This document shows, one piece after another, positions 39,396 to 52,090 of a stretch of DNA of 64,000 nucleotides. The stretch is taken from contig OZ024745.1 of NCBI GenBank assembly GCA_964016885.1, positions 117,428,001-117,492,000 of the forward strand, read 5' to 3'. This DNA is from Eledone cirrhosa (Eukaryota). The position numbers were made by a program, and so were the translations under genes. Position 1 is the first letter of the stretch. The number at the start of each line of letters is the position of its first letter. The notes beneath the pieces are model-generated. The model was not told where the DNA came from and made no database searches. It saw only the letters and a program-made list of their open reading frames with translations.

Positions 39396-40169
39396 TATAC
39401 TTGTTGCCTATCTTGCCTCCTGGCTTCCAGGTAGTGTGCCCTGCTTCCCCCATTCTATATTTTCCATGTCTGTCTCTTAATTGTCTTATCTCCCTTACTG
39501 TTCCAGTACCAAGTAACTCTTCTCTCTGGAGCTGTACTCCAACCACAGATATCGCCTTTAACAGATTATCTTTAAGGAACTCTCAATGGTCCTCTATACT
39601 GAATGTCTCTATTTGCATATATATATAATGGTGAAAGCAGCGATTCTTTGCTTAAACTGTAATCTGTTATTTTAATAAATATATATCATCATCATACGTC
39701 CGCTTTTCCCTGCTTGCAAGGGTGGGACAATATATATATATATATATATATATACATGTGTGTGTATATATATATATATATACACACATACACAATGTAG
39801 TTATTGATATTTACAGTACCACACATGACTAAACTTCAACAAAGCTCCTTTTGTTTTCCCCCCACTCTTCTCATCTTCCAATTTCCAATCCTATATCACA
39901 TGTCCATTTTTCTACACTAGCATGGATTAGACAAGGAGTCCTGTTGTGGGCAATGCCAGGTCAGGTTTCAAAATCAAAAAGAATAAAATAACACGAACAG
40001 CATAAAAGATAAACAATGAAAAATGTTAACAGAAACAAAATAAAGAGAGGAGTTCAAGGACAATAGAACTATTGTTTCATTGATATCTTGTTCTCCAATT
40101 CTATTTCCACTAACTCTTAAATGGGGGCACTTATTTTCACTCACATGATTGACTAACTTATCAGCATAT

Positions 40170-40430
40170 ATCATCATCATCATCATCATCAACGTTTAAC
40201 GTCCGTGTTCCACGCTTGCATGGGTTTGGACGGGGGGTTTTCCCACTTGAGGCAAGAGTGATTGTCTTGCTTGCATAGGACTGTCTGGCAGGTTTTCTAC
40301 AGCTGGATGCCCTTCCTAACACCAACCACATTTACAGTGTGGGTCTGGGAGGTTTTTACCGTGTTGCCTACACGGCCACATTACAGCGTGGACTGTGTGT
40401 TTTTTTTGTCGTGACACCTACACGATCTCA
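40170..40430 (-). mobile_element. Short RTE-tailed element with two modules (similar copy at 50773-51045)
   Basis: (CAT)n, gtttaacgtcc, ctggatgcccttcctaac, two cag(t/c)gtgg modules. Confidence 0.88.
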
Positions 40431-40564
40431 TTTGTTTCGGCCTGGATGGTGTGGCACCAACACAACTTTACATAGAAGGGGGCGGTGTGGATGGGGTGGG
40501 GGTGGTGGGGCGGGGGTGTATTTTGTTAGAGATGCCTACTGACTGTAGTAGGTTTTACTATGTA

Positions 40565-40568
<4 letters not shown>

Positions 40569-40610
<42 letters not shown>

Positions 40611-40615
40611 GCACG

Positions 40616-40709
<94 letters not shown>
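40569..40709. repeat. Compound (TA)n-(CACG)n-(CA)n microsatellite
   Basis: Read directly from the sequence. Confidence 0.98.
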
Positions 40710-40712
<3 letters not shown>

Positions 40713-40718
40713 CACAAA

Positions 40719-41456
40719 CAGGGTGTAACAAGTAAATTAGGACAAGTCGAGCTGAAAGAAGTTTCAAACTTCTTAGTCATCTGAAATATGGTGGAGATGT
40801 CTGCATCTTTTTGGATGAAAAGAAGTTAATGGTAGATGAAGTTGCAAACCGTCGATTGTCACTTCGCTATGCATAGAAAGAATCTGGCTTCCATTATGGT
40901 CTTTGGAGCTGTTGTGAGTGATGGGAAATTGATGCCTCCTCATTTCATTGAAGCAAGTCTCAACTGAGCAGAGTATCTCAAAGTCTTAGGAGAAGTTTTG
41001 TTGCCTTGGATTCAGAAGCATTATGATGTAAATCAAGTCATATTTGTACAGGAGTCCACGCCTGCCCAGTCTTCGAAAAGAGTGCAAGAATTTTTGAAGA
41101 AGGAATTGTCTATGTTTGTCCCTAAAGATATCTGGCCCTCTAGCTCACCAGATTTGAATCCGTGTGGCTTTTGGCTATGAGGCGCAGTTGAAGCAATATC
41201 CAATGCAACTTCTCACAACTGAAGGTTTCGATCAATCGAGCATTCAGTAAAACAAAAAGAAAGAAATAGTTAAGACATGCGTATCATTTTGTAAACAGAT
41301 TGAACTGATAAAGAAAGTAAATGGTGGTCATGTTGACTTGAAGTAAGTACTCAACACTGCACAATAAATTGGCATAAACTTAAAATTTGCTGTGCTTGAT
41401 TTTTCTAAGTTATAATAAAAATATTTAAATGGTCCCAATTTACCTGTTACACTCAG
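40719..41456 (+). mobile_element. Internally deleted DD37D (maT)-type Tc1/mariner relic
   Basis: Imperfect ~25-bp TIRs (cagggtgtaacaagtaaattaggac / gtcccaatttacctgttacactcag); FLDEKK, MVFGAVVSDG, IFVQE, WPSSSPDLNPCG, with 37 residues between the two mutated Asp positions. Confidence 0.85.
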
Positions 41457-41674
41457 TATATATATATATATATATATATCATCATCATCATCATCATTTC
41501 ATTTTACGTCGTTTCGCATCTATCATTAATGGGTAGGACAGATTGACCCTTAGGGGAAAAAACAGATCAGAGAACCATGTTTAGCTCACTCAGGGCAGAT
41601 TTTGGCTTGGTTTCTACAGCTGGGTACCTTTCCAACCACTAACCACATTTACAGTGTGTGCTGGGTGCTTTATG

Positions 41675-43487
41675 GGTGCGTCCGTGCCTGTAGATCTTGT
41701 CACGAACTGGTAGAGCTCCTCGGTAGCACTGCCAGGCCAGGGACCTCTGGAAGTTGTCCATAGGTCCCGAGTGGAAAGTCCTACCAAACAGACTGGTGAG
41801 TTCGTCGTCTTTGACGCCTAGAGTCTCTCCGAGCACGTCGTCGCCCTTGTGACGTACTACCCTTCTATAGAATGTCGAAGTGGAGTCTCCACTGATTGCC
41901 GTGCCTGCTTGACAGAGGACTGTGAGCGCCTGAGCGCATTCAATGTGCCAGGCGCTCATCTTCTTCGATCTCCACTTGACCCAGGACGGCAGCTCCGTCA
42001 GCGAGACAAGTTGTGGGAAGGCCTGTCTCACAAACGGTGCCCACACCGGTTGGTCGGTGAGGAATACCTGTAGATGCCGTAGCCTCAGCGCATGTTTGCG
42101 CATCATCAGCCACGGCATTCCCAGCCCTCCATTTGAAGGGTGCTGACAGTAGACGGATCTCCTCACCAGTGGAGCCTGCTTCTTCCAAAGGAACTGAAAG
42201 AGCATGTGTTCCATCTTGGTGAGGTGTTCACGGGGACAAGGCACGTCAGACAAGCGGTAGTAGATGACGGACAACTAGGCCACGCACATTCACACTTCCA
42301 ACTTGGTGGAGAAGAGTTGGCGAAAAGGACGAAAAGATGCACTGACCTTTGCGTTTCCTGGAGATCGGGTTGTTCGATCTCCATTTGAGTGCCTGTGGGG
42401 CTGTGTTCTTCGGGGGAGTTGTCTGTGTTTTTCTGTTGTTGTTGGTTGAGTGGCTGTTTGTTTTGATGTGTTTGCTTGTTTTGTGTGTTGTTGTTGTTGT
42501 GGTGGTGGTTGTGTTGGTGTTGGTAACATTATTTCTTTTGGATTGTTTTGTTAAAGCATGTCTGTAAAGGGGAGGAGGCCTTTAAATGTGATGTGCTGTT
42601 ACATCGAAAGCAGTGTGGTCTCCTGCCTTCAACTGAAATGTTTATGTGGTTGTTGTTGTCGACCAGGCCTTTTTCGGTTATTTTGGAGATTCTCTCCAGC
42701 CTCATTTACACTAGAATCTCCAAATTTGTACCAGACCACGTGTGTCTGGTTGACTTCTTGGTGGAGAGAATAGTGTTGTGTCCCTCCTCTAAAAAACCTG
42801 CCAATATCCACCAAATATTAATATTTGGTGGTATGTTGGATATTTTGATTTTCTGGGTTCTTTTTCCCAGGTAAGTAGGAAAAAAGGTGTATTTGTTCGA
42901 ACTGATCGGCATTATTGAATACTTCTGTGCGAGGGCCTCGCTTTTGAGGAACACCGAAATGATTCCATATTGTTTGGCCCTTTGCATGAAATCTATATCC
43001 GGCAATATCTCCTTCAAGGTTGCTTCAATTTCCCCTTGACTGAGTAATGCCGGTTTTCTTGTTTCGTTTGAAACAGTTCTGAAGGTAACTGTCCTTCGAA
43101 GTGTTTCAAGACGAATTTCTGGGAGAGAGTTTATTTTAAACCCACCGTTTTCTCCGAAAATGATAAACTCCTTTGCTTCAGAAAGCATCTGTCTTGCATT
43201 GGAGATATCGAGATCCTTGAAATTTTGTTTGTTCATGACTGTTTGTTCCCATGATCAGGGACACACTGTAAATAAAACCCTTTTTGTACAGCCAACCATG
43301 TTATTCTTCACTCTTTCACTATTATTACTCCAAGAATAACCTACATGAGAATTCTCGCAAACTCTCTACCTAACTAAGGAAAGGAAACCTCTTGTTGAGT
43401 CAAACAACGCCATACATTAAAACTATCCATAGTACAGAGTACTCACAACCTCTAACTGTATTATCTAAAACGATAACTTGTTATCCC
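41675..43487 (-). mobile_element. L1/Tx1-type LINE deletion derivative
   Basis: ORF1 42706-43236 (KIKISNIPPNI) plus a knuckle remnant VEGRRPHCFRCNSTSH; ORF2 start VGSVNVRGL (42276-42302) joined to post-RT sequence FLWKK..GGLGMP..LAWQCYRGALPVRDK. Confidence 0.88.
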
Positions 43488-43505
43488 ATATATATATATA
43501 TGTAT

Positions 43506-44454
43506 ATATATAAAAAGTAAGTCCATAGAATCATTAGATAAAATATATACAGTATTTCTTCTCCCAATCAGCATAAATCAACCACGTAAAAAATCATTTA
43601 AACAAGGCTATAAATTTAAAATATACTTATGAAGAAACAATAGATAAATGATATAGCTTTTTATCTGCGACTCACAGCTACAGAAAATTTACTTAGTATT
43701 TCTGATAGCCTGTAGAAATTGACTAGACATATAGTTAACCATACATAATTAGGTACAAAATCAAAGTTAGAAGAAAAAAAATGTATATAAACATACCAAA
43801 ATCATCAAAATATCTCTACCACCGGCGGTTTCATTCCGTTTTTGGATATATCCAATCTTGGATAAATCAACGAGGTTGGAAATCATCAGATAAACTCAAT
43901 TGGACAAAGATTTTTCTTACATGATCCCCGCCAGAAACGAATTCAAAATGGCTAAGAATCGTCACGTGGCTAGTGGTCAAGGCAGAAAGTTTGTGATTCG
44001 TGCCTGTCGGCGAGTAGGCTGGTTGCTAGAAAGCGCAGCCGAATACTGCCTAAAGTTTTACTCAACCTTATGGGAGTATATAAAATTTAAACGGTATATA
44101 CATATAAACTAGACAAATATATATGTATATGTTTTTGGCAACCATTGACGGTGTGGCTCAATGACGAATTAATTAAATAATTAATAATCAGAACAATATA
44201 TAAAAAGTAAGTCCATAGAATCATTAGATAAAATATATACAGTATTTCTTCTCCCAATCAGCATAAATCAACCACACAAAAAATCATTTAAACGAGGCTA
44301 TAAGTTTAAAATATACTTATGAAGAAACAATAGATAAATGATATAGCTTTTTATCCGTGACTCACAGCTACAGAAAATTTACCTAGTATTTCTAATAGCC
44401 TGTAGATATTGACTAGACATATAGTTAACCATACATAATTAGGTTAGAAGAAAA
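43506..44454 (-). mobile_element. ORF-less 690-bp-period partial tandem element containing a hammerhead-like motif (retrozyme/PLE pLTR-like)
   Basis: About 260-bp near-identical direct repeats at 43506-43777 and 44196-44454, (TA)n on both flanks, hammerhead motif in between. Confidence 0.7.
43815..43894 (-). ncRNA. Type I hammerhead-ribozyme-like motif
   Basis: Minus strand: tttat-CTGATGA-t-ttcc-[..tatccaa-ga-ttggata..]-ggaa-t-GAAA-ccg-c-cgg-T-g-gtaga; stems I (5 bp with 2 GU pairs), II and III form, but the cleavage position is G. Confidence 0.65.
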
Positions 44455-44458
44455 TATA

Positions 44459-44507
<49 letters not shown>

Positions 44508-46221
44508 ATATATATGACAATGGTTTTTCCTTTAAAGAGACAACAGTTGCAGTAATGTACTCAATACATCTTGTAAAGAGTACTTTATTTTATTTCAAAT
44601 ACAAGTTAGTTCTACAGGACTAGCAGTACTAGTCCTGTAGAAGTTACTTCCACTTAAAATATAATTTGTATCCCTGTTTTTAGAATAGTTATGTCATATC
44701 CACGCTTGTCATAGGCAACAAAAAGGGTTTGCATCAAGAAGGGCATCCTGCTGTAAAATATTATCTTGAAACATCCTGTACAACCCATGCCAACATGGAA
44801 AAGTGTACTTGACAATGATGATGATGTTACATGCATGCACACACACGCACAGACACAGCTTCTGAACCATTTATGAGAATTCTGGAAAATGGGCTATTTT
44901 TGAAACTAACTAGTTATGAATTTGGCATGCTAACACTGTACAGCCACTTTGTATCTTTTCCTGTGGCATCTGTGTCGCACTCACACACTGCTGTCTGCCA
45001 GTTCAAGTGAGACTGTTGTCTGCAAATGACTGCTCTACTACATGCAAGCAATCATAGCTGTAAAATAGATCAATAGAAAAGCACCGAGACTCAGAGAGTG
45101 AATGACAAATATATAATGTAGTAATTTGTACCTGTATCTCTTACATGAAATTATCTTCTTTACTTTCTTCCATTTCATGTTTTTCCTATGCATTACATGT
45201 GGTACAAGTATTCTATACCGATATTTGAAGAATTATAAATGGATTAATAAAAATCAAACAGATTTTGCTTTAGAAATGTATTGATTTGTATCTGTTAAAT
45301 ACAATGTCAATCTTTACTTTTCATTATTTATTTTATATTTTTAGTATATGTATCTTTTGCCTGTATATAGAAATCTGACATATCTGGAAATCTGCAACCT
45401 CTTCTTCCAAGTTGCCATATAAATTGATCGATACCTGCATATATATATGATGATCATCATCATCATATATATGTGTCTGTGTGTGTGTGTGTCTGTGTGT
45501 TTGTGTGTGTGTGTGTACATTTAAACTTGATCATAAGTAGCTGACAGGAACTGAGCAGTGTTATCTAAAGGTCATTATCAAAAATAGGCAAGTAAGAAAA
45601 GAACGTACAATGATTATAGCAATGAGCAGAGAGCAGGTAAATATAAACGGACTGCAGAGAGGCTGTGGAAATGAACAAAGACAGATAACAGAAACATAAT
45701 ATGGAGTGCCTCACCAGCTGTCTATAACAAACATATCTGCTGTTTCAACATATTTATATGTTTATATATATATGTGTGTATGTTTGTATGTAGGACAAAA
45801 AACAAAACCTGACAAAGAGCAGAACTCATAAGAGTCAATGGCCATCCAAAAATGTGTAAATATATATATACCGTTTGGGTGTGGATGTGTGTAGGATTGA
45901 TTGTGCGTTTGTTTGTGTACATATATATATTTGATAAAAAAAAATTTTTAATTTAAAAAAACCTTTTAAACCCTTTTAAAACTTTTAAAAACCTCTTTAA
46001 AATTTTTTTTCTTTTCTTTTTTTTTCTTTTTTACTTTCAAATGGGATCGAGTCCCTGATCTACGTTTATCATTTATGAAAGAGTCAGCGAATCATTGTAG
46101 TTCATTTGTGGGTGTGGTGGCTCGCAGATGTGGGTAAAAAGAAAATCCACTGGGAGTGAAGAACCCGAGCTGTTGTTAGAGTATCTTTCTAAAAGAGGGA
46201 AATGTTGAAATAAAACCTGCA

Positions 46222-46486
46222 GTTGATGGGATCATTGGTCATCTGACTTTGGCTTGTCACCAGACTGAGAGAGGAGTGCTGGTGGTAGTCTTGTGGTTGA
46301 TGTGATCATTGGTCATCTGACTTCGGCTTGTCACCAGACTGAGAGAGGGGTGCTGGTGGTAGTCTTGTGGTTGATGTGATCATTGGTCATCTACTTTGGC
46401 TTGTCACCAGACTGAGAGAGGGGTGCTGGTGGTAGTCTTGTGGTTGATGTGATCATTGGTCATCTGACTTCGGCTTGTCACCAGAC
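46222..46486. repeat. 74-bp tandem repeat, about 3.5 copies
   Basis: gatcattggtcatc starts at 46230, 46304, 46378 and 46451. Confidence 0.96.
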
Positions 46487-46599
46487 AATAATCACTGAAA
46501 CTTAGAGAGTGGTGCTTATGTAGTACAAGCATTTGCCACTATAATCCAATGATGTACAGGTGTCTCTTCTGTGATCGCATCGGTCATTTTTACAGCTGA

Positions 46600-47890
46600 A
46601 AGTCCTATGGTGATGGAGGAGTGGCGACATGTGCAGACCTGACCAGTTGGAAGCATATAGGCAGCAGGGGTCTTATAACATCGTTGTTATGTCTTCCTGT
46701 GACAGGGGCTAACTCCAGTGGAGACGCCTATGACTAAGCAGCCCTATCAGAGAGAGCACTGCTCACCCAAATTCTTGGGAAGGTGCATTGAAAATTGCCT
46801 CTCACATCAACATTGGGTTGTTTATAGAAGCAGAAGAACTTGGATTCGGGGCGAAAAAACAACATAAAGACTGGTTTGATGACAATAATCAGGTTATCAG
46901 CCAACTATTAAAGAAAAAAGATGCTCTTCATAAAAAGCTTCTGGAAGAGTGCCCTACACATTTAACTGCTATTAAAAAGATATATAAAGAATATAAAGCC
47001 ACCTTACAACACGAGCTGAGAAGGCTTAAAAATAAATGGTAGTTCAAGATCTCTACAGATATTCAAAGTGCTTATAAAGCAAAGGAATCAAAACTGTTTT
47101 ATAGTCTTTTGCGTACAGTATATGGTCCAACTTCGTCTATTGTTCCCATTAGGTCCAAAGATGACACTGCCATCGTCAAGGAATCAGAGAAAATAGATCG
47201 ATTACCAGATTATAATGATGTTAAAATGGCCATCAACCAGTTAAACATGGGTAAGGTACCTGGATCAGATGGAATCCCTGTGGAATTGTTAAAGGTTGGT
47301 AATATGAACATAACACAAACAATACTACATCTCATCACAGAGTGCTGGGCTAGAGCTCCTATACCACAAGATTGGATAGAAGGTATCTTAGTGACCTTGT
47401 TTAACCCTTTAGCATTTACATTATTCGATATTTACTATTGTATTTTCACAGTAAAGGGTTTATCTTACATAATTATCTCACATAATATAAAATCTACGAC
47501 ATTTTGATGTTATTTATTGAACAGAAGGAGGTGAGAGAGTTCTGGCCAGATATGGCCAGTTTAAATGCTAAGGGTTAAAGGTAAAAGGGATAAAGGAATC
47601 TGCGATCACTACCATGGCATCACTCTCTTGGAATCAGTGGACAAAGTTCTTGCTAGATTATTGTTGAATAGGTTGTCCTACAGTAATCCCTGAATCAGAA
47701 AGTGGTTTTAGATCTGGCAGTGAGACGATTGATATGATCTTCTCTGCAAGGCAGATACAGGAGAAATGTATTGAGCAAGTTTTTTTTGATCTGACAAAGG
47801 CCTTTGATACGGTGAAGAGAGGTGCACTGTGGAAAATATTAGGGAAAATAGGGTGCCCACCAAAGTTTATTTATATGTTCGTCGGACTGT
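46600..47890 (+). mobile_element. BovB-like RTE, internally deleted and interrupted by a MITE
   Basis: KQHKDWFDDNNQVI; GKVPGSDGIPVELLK; PESESGFRSG..TIDMIFSARQIQEKCIEQ..FFDLTKAFDTV. Confidence 0.88.
47401..47578. mobile_element. piggyBac-type MITE, family A (inverted), inside the RTE ORF
   Basis: Removing the MITE and one TTAA restores gtgaccttgtttaaaggtaaa = VTLFKGK. Confidence 0.92.
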
Positions 47891-48944
47891 ACAAAAGATT
47901 TTGTGGTGTACATGACTATTGGAATGTCATTATGGTCTCTGCATAACCACCTGTCATTCCTTCAGTTCACCTTTTAGCCTGATCAAAATTTTTCTCATCA
48001 GAGAAAAATCAAAGCATTCCAGGTTCTTGAAGTTTCAACTTGCTCAACAAATGTTTTGTGCAAATCAGACAGTTATCTTTGTCTTTGCAAACATAAATCG
48101 GCTTTTCTGCCTCACACACAACTTGTATCGAAGGTCCTCATTCACAATTCTTCCAATTGTGTGTCTTGAAATCTTGAGCTCCTTAGCAATAGTGTTAATT
48201 GACTTTCTGGCTTGGTTTCTTCCCTTCTTAATGCCAATCTTTTTACAGCATGTACCGGGAGCATTTTATTGTGACTCTGGCACTACCACCTTATAGGGTG
48301 GGCTGTGGATTTTTTGTCATGGTGTCTGCACTGGCCTCTACAGTGTGGACTGGCTGCCTTTTGTCATTGCAACAGCCCTATCACTACAGAGTGGGTTGGG
48401 TGCATCTTATCATGGCAATAGCCCTACCTTATTACATTAGTGTGCTCATTGTGTCCTTGGCTATGCTGGGGAGCCATTGATAAGAGTGGCAGGGGGATTA
48501 ACAATGGGAGTGGAAGTAGTTGTCAGTGTAAGGTAATGTGGGTAGCCTTGAAGCAAGCAACTGAGTGGTGAGATGTGTCAGACTTTCCATGTTGGCATGG
48601 GTTAGAAGGGGAAGGCGTGGGGTAGCTTAAATGGAATGTGGGTGGCTCAGATAGTCAAGATGAAAAAGTTACATTTTATTCTTCTAACACGTTTCTACGG
48701 AGATGAACAGAAAAAATATAAGAGAAAAATAACAGTGGTGAAAAATCTTGCTGAAGCTCCATTACTTGTATATAGATGTGTTGAGGTCAACTTTGCCTTT
48801 CATCCTCTAGGGGTTTTTAAAATAAAGTACCAGTAAAGTACTGGGATTGATATGATAGACTTTCTCTCCACACAAATTACTGACCTTGTGCCTGAATTAG
48901 AAATTATTATTATATTTATGTGGAGTGGGGAGAGAAATGAAAAT

Positions 48945-49175
48945 TGGGATTGAGAGGTCACAGCTCCGATACTTGGTTATGTAGTTAGAATGTCTCGGGG
49001 AAAGAATTGGTGGACAGATTTTATGGGCGAAACCAACAGGTAGGAGACCCAGCAGTAGACCCAAGCAAGATGGTTGGATAACATCCATGAGCTTGCTTGA
49101 TCACGTTTGGGGATCCTGCCAGATCAGTTGGAGACGGTTGCTTCTGACAGGACCTGCTGAGCGAAGAAGAAGAAG
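48945..49175 (+). mobile_element. Expander/Rex3-type RTE 3' fragment
   Basis: Matches 22518-22795; gcgaagaagaagaa tail. Confidence 0.85.
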
Positions 49176-49434
49176 GGGAGAGAAATGACCTAATTCCATT
49201 CAGTTTGTCTTCCTTTTTTCTTTGTTTACATTTTGCAACACCTGAAATAGAATAGTAACTAGTCAATGGGTTTGAAGCCATGAGGATGACTGATTGGGTT
49301 CAGCTTCTGAAAATTCAGGAAGAGAAATATTTAAAAAGTTTCTACTTTATTATCTTTCAGAAAATTATTGCTTTCACTCTCACTCTGTAGGATAGGTTTT
49401 TGTTTTTGTGTATGCAAAAATATCTGTACACGAA

Positions 49435-50300
49435 TCATTATCTATAAAAGCAGATTGTTGTTATTTTGTGTGTGTGTGTGCATGTTCCATGTTTATACAT
49501 TTGCACAATTTCAAACCGATTCGACTCAAAGTCTGTAAGAATGTTGTAAATGGTCTAACTTAGGTCAACAACTATTTATTTTATTCACACTCACCCACAA
49601 TTATGGAAATAATCGATAAAAGTAAATACATGACGCTTTACCCCTCTAATACAATCAGTTTACCTCTCTCTACTCCCCTTAAACTTTAAGAGAGGGAGAG
49701 AGAGAACGTTTGTTTTTGAATGTGGAACGGTCAAACATTTATTTACTTCAATGACAAAGAGAACTTATTACATTTCATACGAAACAACAATTATTCAAAA
49801 GCAACAGATAAATTTATTCAACAACAACAAAAATAGCGATAAATCTTTTTTAAAACATCTATCAACGAACGTGGAAGAAAGAAGTATCAGTTCATTTACT
49901 ATACACAATAATATCCTCTATGAGGTCACTAAACCTGCTAGAAACAGCAGCTAACTCTCCCCCATATCGCACCCCTCCCTACTGTCTTAAATTTAGAAAA
50001 CACACATTAGACAACCATGCAGAACAACTCCATTGCAGCTCTGTTGTTCGGCTGGCATCGTCTACGCGCATGTTGCGCAAGTACTGTGAAACAATAAATT
50101 TCAACACTTCTTTGCACAGAGATAATATCCATAGGCGAAACTACAATTGTCACTGCTGGCGCAGCTCCTGCTTCGGCAGTCCAGGTTTGCAATTCATTCA
50201 CCCAGTGCCTGGCAGACAAAAAAGTGCTGCCATAAAATGGGTGGTGCAACCTAACTTTGGTAACTTACTGACCCCGAGCAACGCCGGGCTTTAATGCTAG
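49435..50300 (+). mobile_element. Non-autonomous Helitron
   Basis: A|TC..tataaaag 5' end, subterminal hairpin cccg-agcaacgc-cggg and a CTAG|T end. Confidence 0.88.
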
Positions 50301-50309
50301 TATATATAT

Positions 50310-50748
50310 AAAATTAACAGATTTAAGCAAAGGCTTTCACTCGTAACGGTATCTTATGAAACTAAAAAAATCAATCTGTGAACGCAGAAGTAAATATTTC
50401 GAAAAACGTTATCTAATGCAGACAGCCAGACATATTATAAGGGCGCTACGTTATAGCTATGTATCTATCTAAAAGGACAGACTAAGAAAAAGAGGGGAAT
50501 GTTGTGCAACGTCGTAAGAAAAGGTGAGGAATGTTGTATTACCGGAAGTGTTGACATTTGAAATTTTAGAAGAAGTGAATATTTAAATAATGTCTTTAAT
50601 CTTTTAACAAAATTCAGTAGACAAAAATACCCTCACTTTTTTATTTGGAAAAAGGTTACATCTATGGTGCAAATTTGGTGCTGTTTGGTCCAGCCATTTG
50701 ACGAAAAGTTTGTTATATACATATGGCCCTCAGCTTTATATTATAGAT
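50310..50748 (-). mobile_element. Helitron-type element
   Basis: Minus strand starts tctataatataaagctgagg; shares blocks with 35452-35700. Confidence 0.65.
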
Positions 50749-51156
50749 ATATATATATGTATATATACATATTCATATATATATCATCATCATCATCATC
50801 GTTTAACCTCTATTTTCCACACTAGCATGGGTTAGACAGGAGTTGTCCCACTTGAGGCAAGGTTTGGTCGGGTGACCGTGTCTCGCTTGTATAGGACTAT
50901 CTGGCAGGTTTTCTACGGCTGGATGCCCTTCCTAACACCAACCACATTTACAATGTGGGCTGGGAACTTTTTACCGTGTTACCTACACGGCCACATTACA
51001 GCGTGGACTGTGTGTCTTTTTGTCGTGACACCTATACGATCTCAATCTCATTATCTCATTTATTTGGACTTTACAGATAAAATAAAGTACCAGTAATGTG
51101 CTGGGTAATTGCTGGCCTTGTGCCAAAAGTAGAAACAATTATTATACTTATACTAG

Positions 51157-51358
51157 GGTGGTGGATTGGCAGTATCGGTAGAGAGTCGGATGCCATGCTT
51201 TGACGCATAGAGTTACGGCCCTTGCCATTCTGAGTTCAAATCCCGCCGAGGTTAACTTTGCCTTTCATCCTTACGGGGTTGATAAAATAAAGTACCAGTA
51301 ATGCACTAGATAATTGCTGGCCTTGTGCCAAAAGTAGAAACAATTATTATACTTATAC
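51157..51358 (+). mobile_element. Full-length tRNA-related SINE, preceded by a duplicate of its own 3' end (51076-51154)
   Basis: A box, B box gagttcaaatccc, body gcctttcatccttacggggttgataaa, tail ggccttgtgccaaaagtagaaacaattatt. Confidence 0.88.
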
Positions 51359-51689
51359 TCTGGAGTACCTGACTTACATATATACTTCATTGAGTGTTCT
51401 ATCCTGTATACACTAGTGTCACTTGTTTAACTAATTTGTATTATACCAAATATATATGTGTATGTGGTTACAGTGTCTAATGTGTTCTTCCTGTATGATT
51501 TGGGTAAATTTAGCTGCTATTTCTAGCAGAAGAAAAGTCCATGTAGATGCTCCCTCATTATCTCATCTTTAGTTGTATATGGAGCTGTGTAAATATATAG
51601 TAGCCAAGATAAGAATAAAGTTGATGAAGTTAAAAGAGTTGCCTGTTGGTCATTCTGAGTGATGGATGGCCAGATGGTATGATGTTTGT

Positions 51690-52090
51690 ATACAAAGTGT
51701 GACATTACATGGTATTAAGACATACTGAATCTAAAGGATATCTGAAAGCTGGGAAGATATAGAGTAAGCATGTTTTGTAGGATGTGTAGTGTTAGCATGC
51801 CTGAACTGTAAAGCACAAGTATACTTTAAAACATTTGGGCCTGAAAGGTATTTGATGAAGTGTGCAAGAGAGAAGACTGTAGGTGTGGACATGCGATGCA
51901 TATGAAGAATGATAGTTGGGTGAAAAAGTGTCAAACAATGCATGTGAAAGGAGCTTGCAGTAGAAGAAGACATGGAAAGAAGTGGTAATGACTGGATTTT
52001 GTATGTTGAATCGTACAGGGCAAATAATGGAGTACTATGTAAAGTAGAGAGAGACGATGTGTGGAAACTGACTCATTCCACCCATGTATG
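51690..52090 (+). mobile_element. Decayed RTE 3' fragment
   Basis: Remnants VQERRL*VCGH and DSWVKKCQTMHVKG, homologous to the RTE C-terminus. Confidence 0.6.

Noticed and set aside
40451-40784. Overlapping ORFs rich in YI/HT/CV (also 7005-7357 and 58721-59113)
   Set aside because: Microsatellite translations.
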